From positions 1 through 45,689 of the forward strand of contig CAMXZF010000001.1 of assembly GCA_947253405.1 (NCBI GenBank): 45,689 bases of DNA, given 5' to 3'. Below are positions 28,186-38,860 of the stretch, piece by piece; position 1 is the first letter of the stretch; the number at the start of each line of letters is the position of its first letter. Below the pieces are notes generated by a model. It ran no database searches. It saw only the letters and a list, made by a program, of their open reading frames with translations, and was not told where the DNA came from. The position numbers and the translations under genes were made by a program. Source of the stretch: an uncultured Candidatus Saccharibacteria bacterium (GTDB lineage: Bacteria; Patescibacteriota; Saccharimonadia; Saccharimonadales; Saccharimonadaceae).

Positions 28186-29274
28186 TTAGCTATCTCTTAA
28201 TTCACGCAATAAGTCTTTTTGCTTTCTTGATAGGTGGGTCGGTGTAGCTACGCGGATAGTCACAATATGTGGGCCTCTAGCGCCACGAGCATTTCTGACA
28301 ACACCATGGCCACTCAACTTAAAGTCTGTACCCGATTGTGTACCCGCAGGCACCTTCATAGTGACTGTACCATCAATTGTGTCGACATCTAGTTCAGAAC
28401 CTAAGGCCGCATCTACCATAGAAATTGTTTCTTCACTTAATATCAAGTCACCTTCTCTAGTAAACTTTTTATCTGGTTTAACATGAATTACTAAGTATAA
28501 ATCACCGCTAGCGCCACCCTTGATGGCTTCGCCTCGACCGCTTAACCTAATCACTGAGCCCTCGTCAACGCCCGCCGGAATTTTTACTTTCAGCTTAGTG
28601 CGTTTTTTGACTATGCCACTGCCACCACAGCTACCGCAACGCTCTTTGGGAACTTTCCCTTGCCCATTACAATTATGGCAAGTCCGAGCTTGCTGTATAG
28701 AGCCAAATAAAGAATTTACCATCTTAACCTCTTGACCACTACCCCGACATGTAGGACAAGTATCAAGTTTAGTACCCCGTTTAGCACCGCTACCCTTACA
28801 ATCATCGCACTCTTGGTTTAAGTTCAATTCTAATTGTTTTTCTGTGCCAAAGATAGCTTCAGAAAAAGTTAAGCTGACAGATGTTTCTACATTACGTCCT
28901 CTGTTTTGTCTAGCACCAGCTCCGCCGCCAAAAAATGATCCAAACAGATCGCCCAAATCCTCAAAACCATTACCACCAAAATCAAAATGGACATTTTGGC
29001 CACCAAAACCACTAAACGGATTACCTGAAGGTCCAGATGCGCCGCCATCAACACCGGCATGACCAAACTGATCGTAACGGCGGCGCTTACTCTCGTCCTT
29101 TAGTACCTCATAGGCTTGATTTATTTCTTTAAATTTAGCCTCTGCTTCCTTATTGTCGGGGTTTTTGTCGGGATGATACTTAATAGCTAATTTTCTAAAA
29201 GCTTTTTTAATCTCGTCCGCTGAAGCTGTTTTTTTGACACCTAGAATATCGTAGTAATCTCGCTTTTCGCTCAT
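28186..29274 (-). CDS. dnaJ: Chaperone DnaJ
   Basis: HPD J-domain, G/F region, four CxxCxGxG. Confidence 0.98.
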   Translation of the reverse strand: MSEKRDYYDILGVKKTASADEIKKAFRKLAIKYHPDKNPDNKEAEAKFKEINQAYEVLKDESKRRRYDQFGHAGVDGGASGPSGNPFSGFGGQNVHFDFGGNGFEDLGDLFGSFFGGGAGARQNRGRNVETSVSLTFSEAIFGTEKQLELNLNQECDDCKGSGAKRGTKLDTCPTCRGSGQEVKMVNSLFGSIQQARTCHNCNGQGKVPKERCGSCGGSGIVKKRTKLKVKIPAGVDEGSVIRLSGRGEAIKGGASGDLYLVIHVKPDKKFTREGDLILSEETISMVDAALGSELDVDTIDGTVTMKVPAGTQSGTDFKLSGHGVVRNARGARGPHIVTIRVATPTHLSRKQKDLLRELRDS

Positions 29275-29325
29275 AACTAAAGACTATTATACTTTATTTG
29301 CCTAAGAACAAAATTCTAACTATCC

Positions 29326-31209
29326 CTATTTTTTATCAACAACTTCACCTTCAACAGCTTCGTCGCTATCAGATTTTTTATCGTCTTTGTTAGCGTCTTC
29401 GTCTTTACTGGACTCTTGATACATCTTAGCGCCAATACCCTGTAAGACTTCCGAAAGATCTTTTGCGGCTGTTTCAAGCTCGTCTTTATCGTCAGACTTC
29501 ATTTTATCTTCGGCTTCTTTGACAGCCTTATTGATAGACTCTTTGTCTTCGCTAGATATTTTATCTTTAAACTCATCTGGCATTTTTTTAGCGCGATATA
29601 TCATATTTTCTAGTTGATTTCTGGCGTCAGTTGTTTCGCGCTTTTTCTTGTCTTCTTCGGCATGCGCTTCAGCTTCGGCTTGAGCTTTTTTGATATCATC
29701 TTTTGACAAATTACCACTATTTTGAATAGTAATAGACTGCTCTTTACCAGTACCCTTATCTTTAGCCGTTACATTTAAAATGCCGTTAGCATCAATATTG
29801 AAAGTGACTTCAATTTGTGGAATACCTCTAGGAGCGGGTGCAATTCCATCAAGGATAAATCGACCAAGCGACTTATTGTCTTTAGCAAATTCTCTTTCCC
29901 CTTGCAAGACATTAATTTCTACCTGTGGTTGGTTATCAGCTGCCGTAGAAAAAACTTGCGACTTGCTAGCTGGGATAGTTGTATTGCGCTCAATTAGTTT
30001 AGTGGAAACTTCACCCATGGTCTCTATACCTAGACTTAACGGGGTAACATCGAGAAGTAGAACATCCTTAACATCACCGGCTAGCACACCACCCTGAATA
30101 GCAGCACCATCAGCCACAACCTCATCTGGATTAACTCCGGCCATTGGCTCTTTACCAAAAATCTTTTTGGCTGCTGCGACAACTGCTGGCATACGCGTCA
30201 TACCACCGACTAAAACTACTTGCCCAAGATCACTAGCTTTCACGCCAGCATCTTTCATAGCCTTTTCGCAAGGTACCGCTAAGCGCTCGATTAAATCATT
30301 ACAAATATCTTCAAGACCAGCTCTAGTTAAGGTCGTCTCGAAATGTTTAGGTCCATTAGCGTCGGCAGTAATAAATGGCAGGTTAACATCGTACTCAGTA
30401 GTCGTACTAAGCTCTTTTTTAGCTTTTTCGGCTTCATCTTTTAATCTTTGCATAGCAGAATCATCGCTAGATAAATCTATACCTGTATTTGCTTTGAACT
30501 CATCCAAGAAGTGATTAACAATACGGTTGTCAAAGTCTTCACCACCTAGGTGAGTGTCACCGTTAGTTGATTTAACCTCAAAGACACCGTCACCAAGCTC
30601 TAGAATTGAAACATCAAAAGTACCACCACCAAGGTCAAAAACGACAATCTTTTCATCACTAGATTTATCTAAACCATAAGCTAACGCCGCTGCAGTAGGC
30701 TCGTTAACAATTCGCTTAACTTCTAATCCAGCAATTTTACCGGCATCTTTAGTCGCCTGACGCTGGCTGTCGTCAAAATAAGCTGGCACAGTAATTACCG
30801 CTTCGGTAACAGGTTTACCTAAATACTTCTCGGCATCAGCCTTGATCTTACCAAGTACCATAGCGCTAATTTCTTCTGGGCTATATGTTTTACCATTTAG
30901 CTCAACAGCAGCATTACCTTTATTGTTAACAATCTTAAATGGTACTAGCTTTTTGTCATCCTGAACTTCTTTATCACTATAACGACGACCAATTAAGCGC
31001 TTAATAGCATAGACCGTATTACTAGCATTAACTACGCGTTGACGTTGGGCTACTTGACCAACTAATCGCTCACCTTTTTTATTGATTGCCACTACTGATG
31101 GCGTGGTGCGATTGCCTTCTTTATTAGTAATTATTTCTGGTTTTCCAGCTAGTAAATACGATACTGCACTGTTAGTTGTACCTAAATCTATTCCTATTAT
31201 TGTTCCCAT
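29326..31209 (-). CDS. dnaK: Chaperone DnaK
   Basis: [23 protein letters not shown]. Confidence 0.99.
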   Translation of the reverse strand: MGTIIGIDLGTTNSAVSYLLAGKPEIITNKEGNRTTPSVVAINKKGERLVGQVAQRQRVVNASNTVYAIKRLIGRRYSDKEVQDDKKLVPFKIVNNKGNAAVELNGKTYSPEEISAMVLGKIKADAEKYLGKPVTEAVITVPAYFDDSQRQATKDAGKIAGLEVKRIVNEPTAAALAYGLDKSSDEKIVVFDLGGGTFDVSILELGDGVFEVKSTNGDTHLGGEDFDNRIVNHFLDEFKANTGIDLSSDDSAMQRLKDEAEKAKKELSTTTEYDVNLPFITADANGPKHFETTLTRAGLEDICNDLIERLAVPCEKAMKDAGVKASDLGQVVLVGGMTRMPAVVAAAKKIFGKEPMAGVNPDEVVADGAAIQGGVLAGDVKDVLLLDVTPLSLGIETMGEVSTKLIERNTTIPASKSQVFSTAADNQPQVEINVLQGEREFAKDNKSLGRFILDGIAPAPRGIPQIEVTFNIDANGILNVTAKDKGTGKEQSITIQNSGNLSKDDIKKAQAEAEAHAEEDKKKRETTDARNQLENMIYRAKKMPDEFKDKISSEDKESINKAVKEAEDKMKSDDKDELETAAKDLSEVLQGIGAKMYQESSKDEDANKDDKKSDSDEAVEGEVVDKK

Positions 31210-31234
31210 TTTTATCCCTTTCTATTAATTCTGG

Positions 31235-31261
31235 CTAGCAGTCATAATAGCTGACTGCTAA
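31235..31261. promoter_or_regulatory. CIRCE operator (variant) in the dnaK leader
   Basis: CTAGCAGTC-N9-GACTGCTAA. Confidence 0.8.
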
Positions 31262-31281
31262 TATACTTCTATATTATACTT

Positions 31282-31308
31282 CTAGCACTCGACTGTCAAG
31301 AGTGCTAA
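31282..31308. promoter_or_regulatory. CIRCE operator overlapping the dnaK -35 element
   Basis: CTAGCACTC-N9-GAGTGCTAA (1 mismatch to consensus); minus-strand TTGACA lies in the spacer, TATAAT at 31278-31273. Confidence 0.92.
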
Positions 31309-31311
31309 TTA

Positions 31312-31779
31312 TCAATTTTTCGTAACATTAACTAAGCTATGTCGTACCACTTGCCCTTTATAGGCATAACCCTGTCGCAATACATCAGATACAACCTCTT
31401 TGTCGCCCTCTTTATCAATAAACTGTATGGCACTATGATAATCGTGATCAAATAAATCGCCTTTTTTGGTATTAAGCTTTTTTACATCTATATCATTTAA
31501 GGTTTTTTCTAATTTTTTTTGCATGGCCACAATACCAGTCACCCACTCATTTCTAGCTATATCACTAGGTACGTTCTCAGTAGCTTTATCAATAATATCT
31601 AGTATTGGTAATATTTTTTTTATAATATCAGTTTGGCCGCTAGCTTTTGCTCGCGCTAGATCTTCCGCAGTGTGCTTGCGGTAATTTTCAAAGTCAGCAC
31701 GAGTACGTTGCAAATCATATATCAATTCCGCTATCTTTTGGTCATAGTCTTCTTGTTTTTTATTCAATTTTTTACCCAA
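31312..31779 (-). CDS. grpE: Nucleotide exchange factor GrpE
   Basis: ADFENYRK, LPILD, FD..YH.A, GY; TTG start with AAGGAG. Confidence 0.95.
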   Translation of the reverse strand: MGKKLNKKQEDYDQKIAELIYDLQRTRADFENYRKHTAEDLARAKASGQTDIIKKILPILDIIDKATENVPSDIARNEWVTGIVAMQKKLEKTLNDIDVKKLNTKKGDLFDHDYHSAIQFIDKEGDKEVVSDVLRQGYAYKGQVVRHSLVNVTKN

Positions 31780-31793
31780 TTTATACTCCTTTT

Positions 31794-32516
31794 CTACATA
31801 GCTAAATAGCGCTCTAATAATTTACCGGTTTTAGATACTAAGGCCATGACCTTAATATAACTTTGTCTAGTCGGGCCCAAGACCCCAATATAACTACTAT
31901 CGGAATAAGGTGAAGAAAAGCGACTAATAATTAATGAAACACCACTATCGCGCCCAATTGGATTTTCCGAACCAATAAATACACTTAAGGTATCATTGGG
32001 TGCAGTTTCTTTTAGCCAAGGCTCTAAGTTATCCAACAAACTAGCGACCGAACGAACGTTTTCGCCATCATCAAACTCTGGTTGCGAAAACAAGTTAGCC
32101 ATACCACTGAGATAAAGCTGGTCACCAATAGTAGCAAGACCTAAGTTATGTGTTATCTCCACCAAAGAGTCAACGGCAGCTTTAATAGCTAAATCAGTAC
32201 GATCACATATACCATGCACTCTAGTAGCAATAACTTTAGCGTAATGGTCTTCACTGTTACTAATTTTCTTTAGCGCACCAGTTTCAGTAATGCTGTTTAC
32301 ATAAATTCTATAGCCCTTATCAGTTGGTATCCGACCTGCAGAAGTATGTGGCTGCGTTAAATAACCCATTTCCTCTAATTTTGCCATCTCACTTCGCATA
32401 GTAGCTGGTGAAACATCAAACAGCTTAGCCAAAAGAACACTGCCTACTGGCGTAGCTAGTTCGGCATACTGCTCAACTATAGCAGTTAATATTTTTGCTT
32501 GGCGTTCACTCATCAT
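31794..32516 (-). CDS. hrcA: Heat-inducible transcription repressor (short form)
   Basis: PVGS, SPATMR, QPHTSAGRIPTDKGYR, GVLGPTR; start placed at 32516. Confidence 0.95.
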   Translation of the reverse strand: MMSERQAKILTAIVEQYAELATPVGSVLLAKLFDVSPATMRSEMAKLEEMGYLTQPHTSAGRIPTDKGYRIYVNSITETGALKKISNSEDHYAKVIATRVHGICDRTDLAIKAAVDSLVEITHNLGLATIGDQLYLSGMANLFSQPEFDDGENVRSVASLLDNLEPWLKETAPNDTLSVFIGSENPIGRDSGVSLIISRFSSPYSDSSYIGVLGPTRQSYIKVMALVSKTGKLLERYLAM

Positions 32517-32537
32517 GCTAACAATATAATAAGATAA

Positions 32538-32564
32538 TTGGCAGACTCTAGTCAAGAGTGCCAG
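32538..32564. promoter_or_regulatory. Degenerate CIRCE upstream of hrcA
   Basis: TTGGCAGAC-N9-GAGTGCCAG about 20 nt upstream of the hrcA start. Confidence 0.7.
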
Positions 32565-32934
32565 CAGCGTCACCATGTGAATTAGGTACTTCTTTGGCTG
32601 GATTATCTAACCCTAAATTATGATCCGATAAAGTTTCTTGATCGAAATTACCCAAATTATCCAGGTTTTTACTATATTTATCTAATCGCCTTTCAAAATC
32701 CTTAATTGCCTTAGCGTCAAGTACGCCAGATGATTCATATGGTTGATCATTTCGGCCTCTCTCTACTTGCTTGCGCACTTTTTCGTAACCTGGTCGACTC
32801 ATATCTAATCGAAAAGCACCACTTTGTTTATATAGCCATAAACTAACTAATGACATAATCACAGAGATAAAAACACAAATGGCTATAAAGCAAGCCAATT
32901 GATGCTTTAAAAATATTCTTTTTAGCCTATTCAT
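32548..32934 (-). CDS. Hypothetical single-TM protein
   Basis: N-terminal TM then LDMSRPGYE; coupled to the upstream gene. Confidence 0.7.
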   Translation of the reverse strand: MNRLKRIFLKHQLACFIAICVFISVIMSLVSLWLYKQSGAFRLDMSRPGYEKVRKQVERGRNDQPYESSGVLDAKAIKDFERRLDKYSKNLDNLGNFDQETLSDHNLGLDNPAKEVPNSHGDAAGTLD

Positions 32935-32936
32935 GT

Positions 32937-33419
32937 TCAACCTTTAGCTGTGATTTGATACTCATAAACCCTAAAAAGATTATCTAAATCACTGACAACC
33001 TCGCCTAATTTATGCCTTTTGATACGCAATTTTTCAAGCTTAGTGTAGAATTCAAACGGCTTTTCCTGGCACTTATAATTTAAAATATCACTAAGACTAT
33101 CGTCGTATTTATTGTAGTTATTGCGAAAATCTTCTAATTTCTTTTCATAGTCATCTAATATACTGGCTAAATTGGGGGCCGATATCTTATTAGAAGCTAA
33201 TCGAGCATTCATAGCATAAAATAAATCTGTTATCTCGTTATAAGCCCTGCCACGATTAATACGTAAAGCTGAATCGGTCTTTTCGATACGACTTAAAGTT
33301 GATTGTGCTTGATTGCAATTAACTTTAATAATCTGTTCCATTGGGCTGGCTGAGGTAAAGCTAACCAAACCAAGCAATAAAACTACGGTTGATAAAAATA
33401 TAAAAACCGACTTTTTCAT
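32937..33419 (-). CDS. Hypothetical secreted helical protein
   Basis: Signal peptide, coiled-coil character, two Cys. Confidence 0.7.
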   Translation of the reverse strand: MKKSVFIFLSTVVLLLGLVSFTSASPMEQIIKVNCNQAQSTLSRIEKTDSALRINRGRAYNEITDLFYAMNARLASNKISAPNLASILDDYEKKLEDFRNNYNKYDDSLSDILNYKCQEKPFEFYTKLEKLRIKRHKLGEVVSDLDNLFRVYEYQITAKG

Positions 33420-33456
33420 AAGACCATTATATAATATATCTAAAAGCTACTTACTC

Positions 33457-34221
33457 ATGAAAAGCAAAAATCGTCCGCTAATCACTTTATTGTTAATAAT
33501 TTTAATATTTAGTTTGCTACTTATCATTATCTATATCACACCAAACAATCAGGCCAACAAAGCAAATGAATCCAGCAAAGAACTGGCACAAGAACCGAGC
33601 CAAGATGCCAAGCTAACCGATGAGTCGGACTTTAGTGGTTATAAAGATAGTGATGGTGTTGCCCTTAAATCTTTAGAGTCAATTGAAGTTAAGCCAGCTA
33701 GTAGTAAAGTTAAATATAAACGATCTTACTTTTATAAAACCTGGTCTAAATGGCGATCATGCAATACAAGGCAAAAAATCCTTAATCGTGATCTTGAAAA
33801 TATTACTTTATCAAATAACAACTGCACTGTTTTGAGTGGTACTCTAAATGATCCCTATACTGGCAATAAAATAATACTTAATGACAAGCAAGCTATAGCC
33901 AAAAAAGTCCAAATCGATCACGTTGTGGCTTTATCTAATGCCTGGCAAACTGGCGGTGAAGATCTAAGTAATAGCGAGCGCAAAAGCTTAGCTAATGATG
34001 ACCTAGAGCTGCTGGCTGTAAGCTCAGAATCTAATCAGCAAAAATCTGACAGTGATGCCGCTAATTGGTTACCAAAGAATTTAGCTTTCCGTTGTCAATA
34101 CGTAGCTAGACAGATTGCTATCAAAATAAAGTATCGACTTTGGATCACTACTGACGAGAAAAATGCCATGCTGAACGTCTTAAGCGACTGCCCCAATGAG
34201 CCACTACCTCAACCCAACTAG
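33457..34221 (+). CDS. Membrane-anchored HNH endonuclease (DUF1524 family)
   Basis: CNTRQKILNRDL, DPYTG, IDHVVAL, ANDD..LLAVS..SNQQKSD; start placed at ATG 33457. Confidence 0.85.
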   Translation: MKSKNRPLITLLLIILIFSLLLIIIYITPNNQANKANESSKELAQEPSQDAKLTDESDFSGYKDSDGVALKSLESIEVKPASSKVKYKRSYFYKTWSKWRSCNTRQKILNRDLENITLSNNNCTVLSGTLNDPYTGNKIILNDKQAIAKKVQIDHVVALSNAWQTGGEDLSNSERKSLANDDLELLAVSSESNQQKSDSDAANWLPKNLAFRCQYVARQIAIKIKYRLWITTDEKNAMLNVLSDCPNEPLPQPN

Positions 34222-34235
34222 AGTTAGTTTATACT

Positions 34236-34994
34236 CTATTTATTCAAAGCCTTTTCAATGGCTTTTCTAATTTCTTTGTCATTAGCCTTTTCGACTTTTT
34301 TACCATTAACAAACCAAGTTGGCGTTCCTGTAACGCCTGATTTTTCTGCTAACTTGTGATCTCTTTCAATTTTTTCTTCAATACCATTAACTTTGGCATT
34401 ATTTAATGTAGCCAAAAATTCCTGCGCATTTAGGCCGGATTCTTTGGCATAATCGGTAAATAACTGACGCTTCAGCTTGATATCAACGGCTTGGCCTACC
34501 CAGCGCTGATCTTTAAACAGTAATTTATGCATCTTCCAAAAAGCCTCTTCACCACCTAGTTTACCGGCAGCCTCAGCCGCACTGAGGGTAGCAATAGAGT
34601 TAGGATAGCCTAAGCTAGAATTGCGAAAAATAAACGTTACTCTATCTTTATAATCTTGTTGGATTTTATCGAAATAAATATGCATCGCCTGACAATGAGA
34701 GCAAGCAAAGTCTTCGTACTCTATAACTGTAACTTTAGAGTTTTTATTACCCATATAGTGATCGGGTATAACATTTTTATAAGTATCTTCATTAAGCGAC
34801 TTACCACTAGCTTTTATCTTAGCCTTTTTAATATCCTCTTTTGTTAATAGGCTATTCTGATCTAAGTTTTTAACATAGCTAGCAACATCTTCACTACTAA
34901 ATTCGGTGCTATTCTTTGGCTTAAGAATAAAAATCATTGCACTTAAAGATAGCGCCACAAAAATAAATAGTCCAATTAATAAACGTTTATTCAT
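34236..34994 (-). CDS. DsbA-family thioredoxin-fold protein
   Basis: EYEDFACSHC and GVTGTPT; N-terminal TM. Confidence 0.9.
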   Translation of the reverse strand: MNKRLLIGLFIFVALSLSAMIFILKPKNSTEFSSEDVASYVKNLDQNSLLTKEDIKKAKIKASGKSLNEDTYKNVIPDHYMGNKNSKVTVIEYEDFACSHCQAMHIYFDKIQQDYKDRVTFIFRNSSLGYPNSIATLSAAEAAGKLGGEEAFWKMHKLLFKDQRWVGQAVDIKLKRQLFTDYAKESGLNAQEFLATLNNAKVNGIEEKIERDHKLAEKSGVTGTPTWFVNGKKVEKANDKEIRKAIEKALNK

Positions 34995-35113
34995 AAATTA
35001 CCCTCGTTCTCCCATAGAAATTTAGCCTTAATTATAACATAGTTCTATAATCCTCTATATCAAGACTTAACTAATATAGATATAAAGAGTCAATTAACTT
35101 ATCTAGTTAAAAG

Positions 35114-35311
35114 CTATTTGTTTTTTTGTTTTTTAATAAAAACAAAAATTGAAACAGCGACAAGAATAAGCCCTAGGACTGTAATAGCTAAAGACATACC
35201 TACACTATCGCCCGTCTTTAATAAAGCGCTATAGTGTGGGTTATTTTGATGCTGAGTGTTAACTGAAAATCCACTCATATTTTTCTCACTATATAAAGAT
35301 ATATTTTTCAT
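35114..35311 (-). CDS. Small protein consisting mostly of an LPXTG-like sorting signal (possible remnant)
   Basis: LLKTG, then hydrophobic stretch, then KKQKNK; TGCTAAAAT upstream. Confidence 0.5.
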   Translation of the reverse strand: MKNISLYSEKNMSGFSVNTQHQNNPHYSALLKTGDSVGMSLAITVLGLILVAVSIFVFIKKQKNK

Positions 35312-35444
35312 TTTATCGCTTTTTTCAAAGATTCACTCAGACTTTATATTAATGTATCTATTTTAGCATGTATGCTATATAGGCTAGCTGACATCTAAAT
35401 AAAGCATTTAGCCTAAGCCTAATTCAATGGTAAAATATAATAAT

Positions 35445-36299
35445 ATGAGCTTTATCTTTATTTTATTATTTAGTGCATTAATTATAGCTTGTTCAAGCTT
35501 AATATATAAACCAAAAATAAGTTTATTCGAAGTTGAAAGGTTAGCTAAAGCAGAACGACAATATAAAAATTTAGCTAAATTTTACCAATTGTATCCAATA
35601 CTTAATATGCTGTGCCGAATGATTGCTAATGCCAGCATTGTCTTCTTAGCGGTTAGTGCCACCTGCGGTTATGGCTGGTTTTACGGTTCATTGATCGCGC
35701 TAATTTTAATACCTTTTAGTAAAATAATCGGCAAAAAACTATCCGGTATATCTAATAATATAGTTAGCCAGAATATACGCTTTTTAAATAAATACTTTAA
35801 TTGGGTGGCGGTACTAAAACCGCTAGTAAAGTCTACTAAAAAATTACCTATAGCTAGTAAAGAAGAGCTGATTAGCTATATAAAACTCAGCAAGCTAGAG
35901 GAAAAAGATAAGCTAGCCGCCATCGACAGCCTAAAAAATGAAGACCAAACGATTGAACCAGCAGTCACTAAGTGGTCGAACGTTGAAAAGCTTAACGTTC
36001 GCGAAAAATTAACACCTGGCCGCCTAGATGAACTATTCAAAACTAATCAAACTGTCTTTCCTGTCACTAAAAAGGATGCTAATGAAATTTTAGGTGTGGT
36101 CTATTTGTCTGATATTCAACTAATTGGTCAATCAGAAAAAGAACTATCCAACGTTATGCGCAATAGCTTTGCCAGTCTCGAAATTAGCGACAACCCTAGG
36201 GAAGCTTATAAAAAAATGGCTGAAGCGCAATCTACTACTGCTATTGTTTATAAGGGAAAAAATATCTACGGCCTCGTTAATTTATCTAATTTAGTCTAA
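35445..36299 (+). CDS. Degenerate CNNM/CBS-domain membrane protein
   Basis: Three N-terminal TM helices, C-terminal CBS-like pair (FPV...ILGVVYLSD; GLVNLSNL). Confidence 0.65.
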   Translation: MSFIFILLFSALIIACSSLIYKPKISLFEVERLAKAERQYKNLAKFYQLYPILNMLCRMIANASIVFLAVSATCGYGWFYGSLIALILIPFSKIIGKKLSGISNNIVSQNIRFLNKYFNWVAVLKPLVKSTKKLPIASKEELISYIKLSKLEEKDKLAAIDSLKNEDQTIEPAVTKWSNVEKLNVREKLTPGRLDELFKTNQTVFPVTKKDANEILGVVYLSDIQLIGQSEKELSNVMRNSFASLEISDNPREAYKKMAEAQSTTAIVYKGKNIYGLVNLSNLV

Positions 36300-36385
36300 A
36301 ACTTAAGGTTTAAAAAATGATACTGCTAGTAATCTAGGGATTTTTGATGTTAAAATATTAATCAGCTTTACAGTGAAAGGATTTA

Positions 36386-38200
36386 ATGAATAGAACTTTA
36401 GCGTCTGAATCAATTAATATGATCGGGCAAAAAATCAAGGTTTCAGGTTGGGTAAATACGCGCCGAGATCATGGCGGGGTTATTTTCGTTGATTTGCGTG
36501 ACCACACTGGACTAATTCAGCTAGTTTTTAATCCTGATAAAAATATATTCAAACTAGCAGAAAGTTTGCGTGATGAATTTTGCATTAGTGCCACCGGAAC
36601 AATTAGAGAACGCGGTAAAGGCCTAGAAAATCCAAATCTAGAAACCGGCAAAATTGAACTAGTTGTCGAGAATTTAGAGATACTCAACAAAAGTGCTCCC
36701 CTACCAGTTGCTACTAAAGATGAAGGTCAGCAGTCTAGCGAGGAAATGCGCTTGAAATATCGCTTCCTTGACTTAAGACGTAAATCTATGCAAAAAATTA
36801 TGCGTGATAGAGCAGAATACTACAAGATTATTCGCTCTTATATGGAAAAAAATGAGTTTATTGAAGTAGCTACACCGATTTTGGCAAACAGTAGCCCCGA
36901 GGGTGCGCGCGACTTTTTGATACCATCGCGCCTACGAGCCGGCAAATTCTACGCTTTACCGCAAGCACCTCAACAATTTAAACAACTTTTAATGGTTGGT
37001 GGACTACCGCGATACTATCAAATAGCAGCCTGCTTCCGCGATGAAGATCCTCGCGCTGATCGACTTTATGGTGAGTTCTACCAACTTGATCTAGAAATGA
37101 GCTTTGTGGATGACGGTGAAACTGTTCGGCAAATGGTTGAACCATTAATACTAGACATCACGCAAAACTTTGGCAAAAAAACTTTAGTCAACACCTACAA
37201 AAACGCTGATTTTGATTATTCATTAGATGTCAGCCGAATACCAAGAATTAGCTACCAAGAATCAATCGAAAAATATGGCACCGACAAGCCAGACTTACGC
37301 TATCAAATGGAATTAGTTGAATTAACAGAAGTGCTAGAAAATACCGAGTTTGGTGTGTTTAAAAATGCTGAATGCGTTAAAGCTATTCGCGTAGATAATG
37401 GCGCCTCAATGCCACGTAGTCAAATAGATAATTTTACAAAATTAGCTCAAAGTGAAGGTGCGGGTGGTTTAGCCTACTTAACATATAAAGATGGCGTTAT
37501 TAAAAGCCCTATTGCTAAGTTTCTAAGTGCTAATGAACTAGATGAAATTACCAAATTAACTGGAGCTAAAGATGGCGACTTAGTGTTTTTCGGCGCTGAT
37601 ACTAGAATGAAAGTAAATCGTATTCTCGGCAAACTGCGTATCGCAATAGCCGATTATCAAGAGTTAAAAGATGATACTAAGGTAGCTTTAGCCTGGATAA
37701 CTGATTTTCCCTTTTACGAGTATGATGAAGCTAATAAAAAAGTTGAATTTGGTCACAATCCATTCTCAATGCCTAAGGGTGGTATTGAGTCGCTCGATAA
37801 CGCCAAAAGCGATGAAGCCAAATTAGCCATTACAGCAGATCAATATGACATGGTTATGAATGGATATGAAATATGCTCAGGCGCCGTACGTAATCATAAT
37901 CCAGAAATAATGTATAAAGTCTTTAGTCTTTTAGGTTACGACAAAGACTATGTTAAAGATAAGTTTGGCGCTATGCTCAAAGCTTTTGCCTACGGCGCTC
38001 CACCGCATGCTGGTTGCGCCTTCGGTTTAGATCGTATATTCATGGTCTTAGAAAACACTACTAATATTAGAGACATAGTTGCCTTCCCGAAAAATGGCTC
38101 AGGTGTCGACTTAATGATGAATTCACCTAGCCCAGTAGCCGAAGATCAATTAAAAGAACTACACGTAAAAATTAGTCAACCTAAAATAGATTTAAACTAG
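36386..38200 (+). CDS. aspS: Aspartate-tRNA ligase
   Basis: RDHGG, YRFLDLR, PEGARDF, CFRDED, GAPPHAG. Confidence 0.98.
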   Translation: MNRTLASESINMIGQKIKVSGWVNTRRDHGGVIFVDLRDHTGLIQLVFNPDKNIFKLAESLRDEFCISATGTIRERGKGLENPNLETGKIELVVENLEILNKSAPLPVATKDEGQQSSEEMRLKYRFLDLRRKSMQKIMRDRAEYYKIIRSYMEKNEFIEVATPILANSSPEGARDFLIPSRLRAGKFYALPQAPQQFKQLLMVGGLPRYYQIAACFRDEDPRADRLYGEFYQLDLEMSFVDDGETVRQMVEPLILDITQNFGKKTLVNTYKNADFDYSLDVSRIPRISYQESIEKYGTDKPDLRYQMELVELTEVLENTEFGVFKNAECVKAIRVDNGASMPRSQIDNFTKLAQSEGAGGLAYLTYKDGVIKSPIAKFLSANELDEITKLTGAKDGDLVFFGADTRMKVNRILGKLRIAIADYQELKDDTKVALAWITDFPFYEYDEANKKVEFGHNPFSMPKGGIESLDNAKSDEAKLAITADQYDMVMNGYEICSGAVRNHNPEIMYKVFSLLGYDKDYVKDKFGAMLKAFAYGAPPHAGCAFGLDRIFMVLENTTNIRDIVAFPKNGSGVDLMMNSPSPVAEDQLKELHVKISQPKIDLN

Positions 38201-38815
38201 TTTAATGATGGCAAGCGATTCTGCAACTTTTACGCTTTCTATATTTGAATGATTAGATTTAACCCATTCATCTACAGCCTGCCTTGCGCCGATTAGATGT
38301 GTATTTGTGTAGTCATCAACAACAATTATTGATCCGCTAGAAAATTTATCAATACAAACGGCAAAGCTGTCTTTTATGCTTTCGTAAAAATCACCATCAA
38401 AATAGGCTAAACTAATAGTTTTAGGTAAATCTTTCGCAGTCAATTCTGAAAACCAAGCTTTTTTAATAACTGGCAAAACTAAATTAGCATGCTTAAAATT
38501 ACGGATAAGCTCACGTTTACTAGCCCTAAGTTCACCGGCTTTAAATTCTGCGCCGATAATATCGCCGTCTTGACTAGTCCTGGCTGGCAATCCCATAAAA
38601 GAGTCGTATAAATAAAGTTTTTTATTGGACTTTAGTTCCTTTAATAGTCTAGCTATAAACAGACTAGTAGTACCCTTGTAGCAGCCCATCTCAACAATAT
38701 CACCAGCAATATTTTGTTCTAAAACTTCACTTACGCACTCTAAAATAATTTTTATTTCGGATTTTTTGACTTGATCAGAAATTAAACTATATTTATTTAG
38801 TAATTTATCTATCAT
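38192..38815 (-). CDS. TylF/MycF-family O-methyltransferase
   Basis: GDIVEMGCYKG, DSFMGLP, DGDFYES, DDY. Confidence 0.85.
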   Translation of the reverse strand: MIDKLLNKYSLISDQVKKSEIKIILECVSEVLEQNIAGDIVEMGCYKGTTSLFIARLLKELKSNKKLYLYDSFMGLPARTSQDGDIIGAEFKAGELRASKRELIRNFKHANLVLPVIKKAWFSELTAKDLPKTISLAYFDGDFYESIKDSFAVCIDKFSSGSIIVVDDYTNTHLIGARQAVDEWVKSNHSNIESVKVAESLAIIKLV

Positions 38816-38860
38816 ACCCAAACTCTATATAATATTATATGTTAAAATGATAACAACTTT

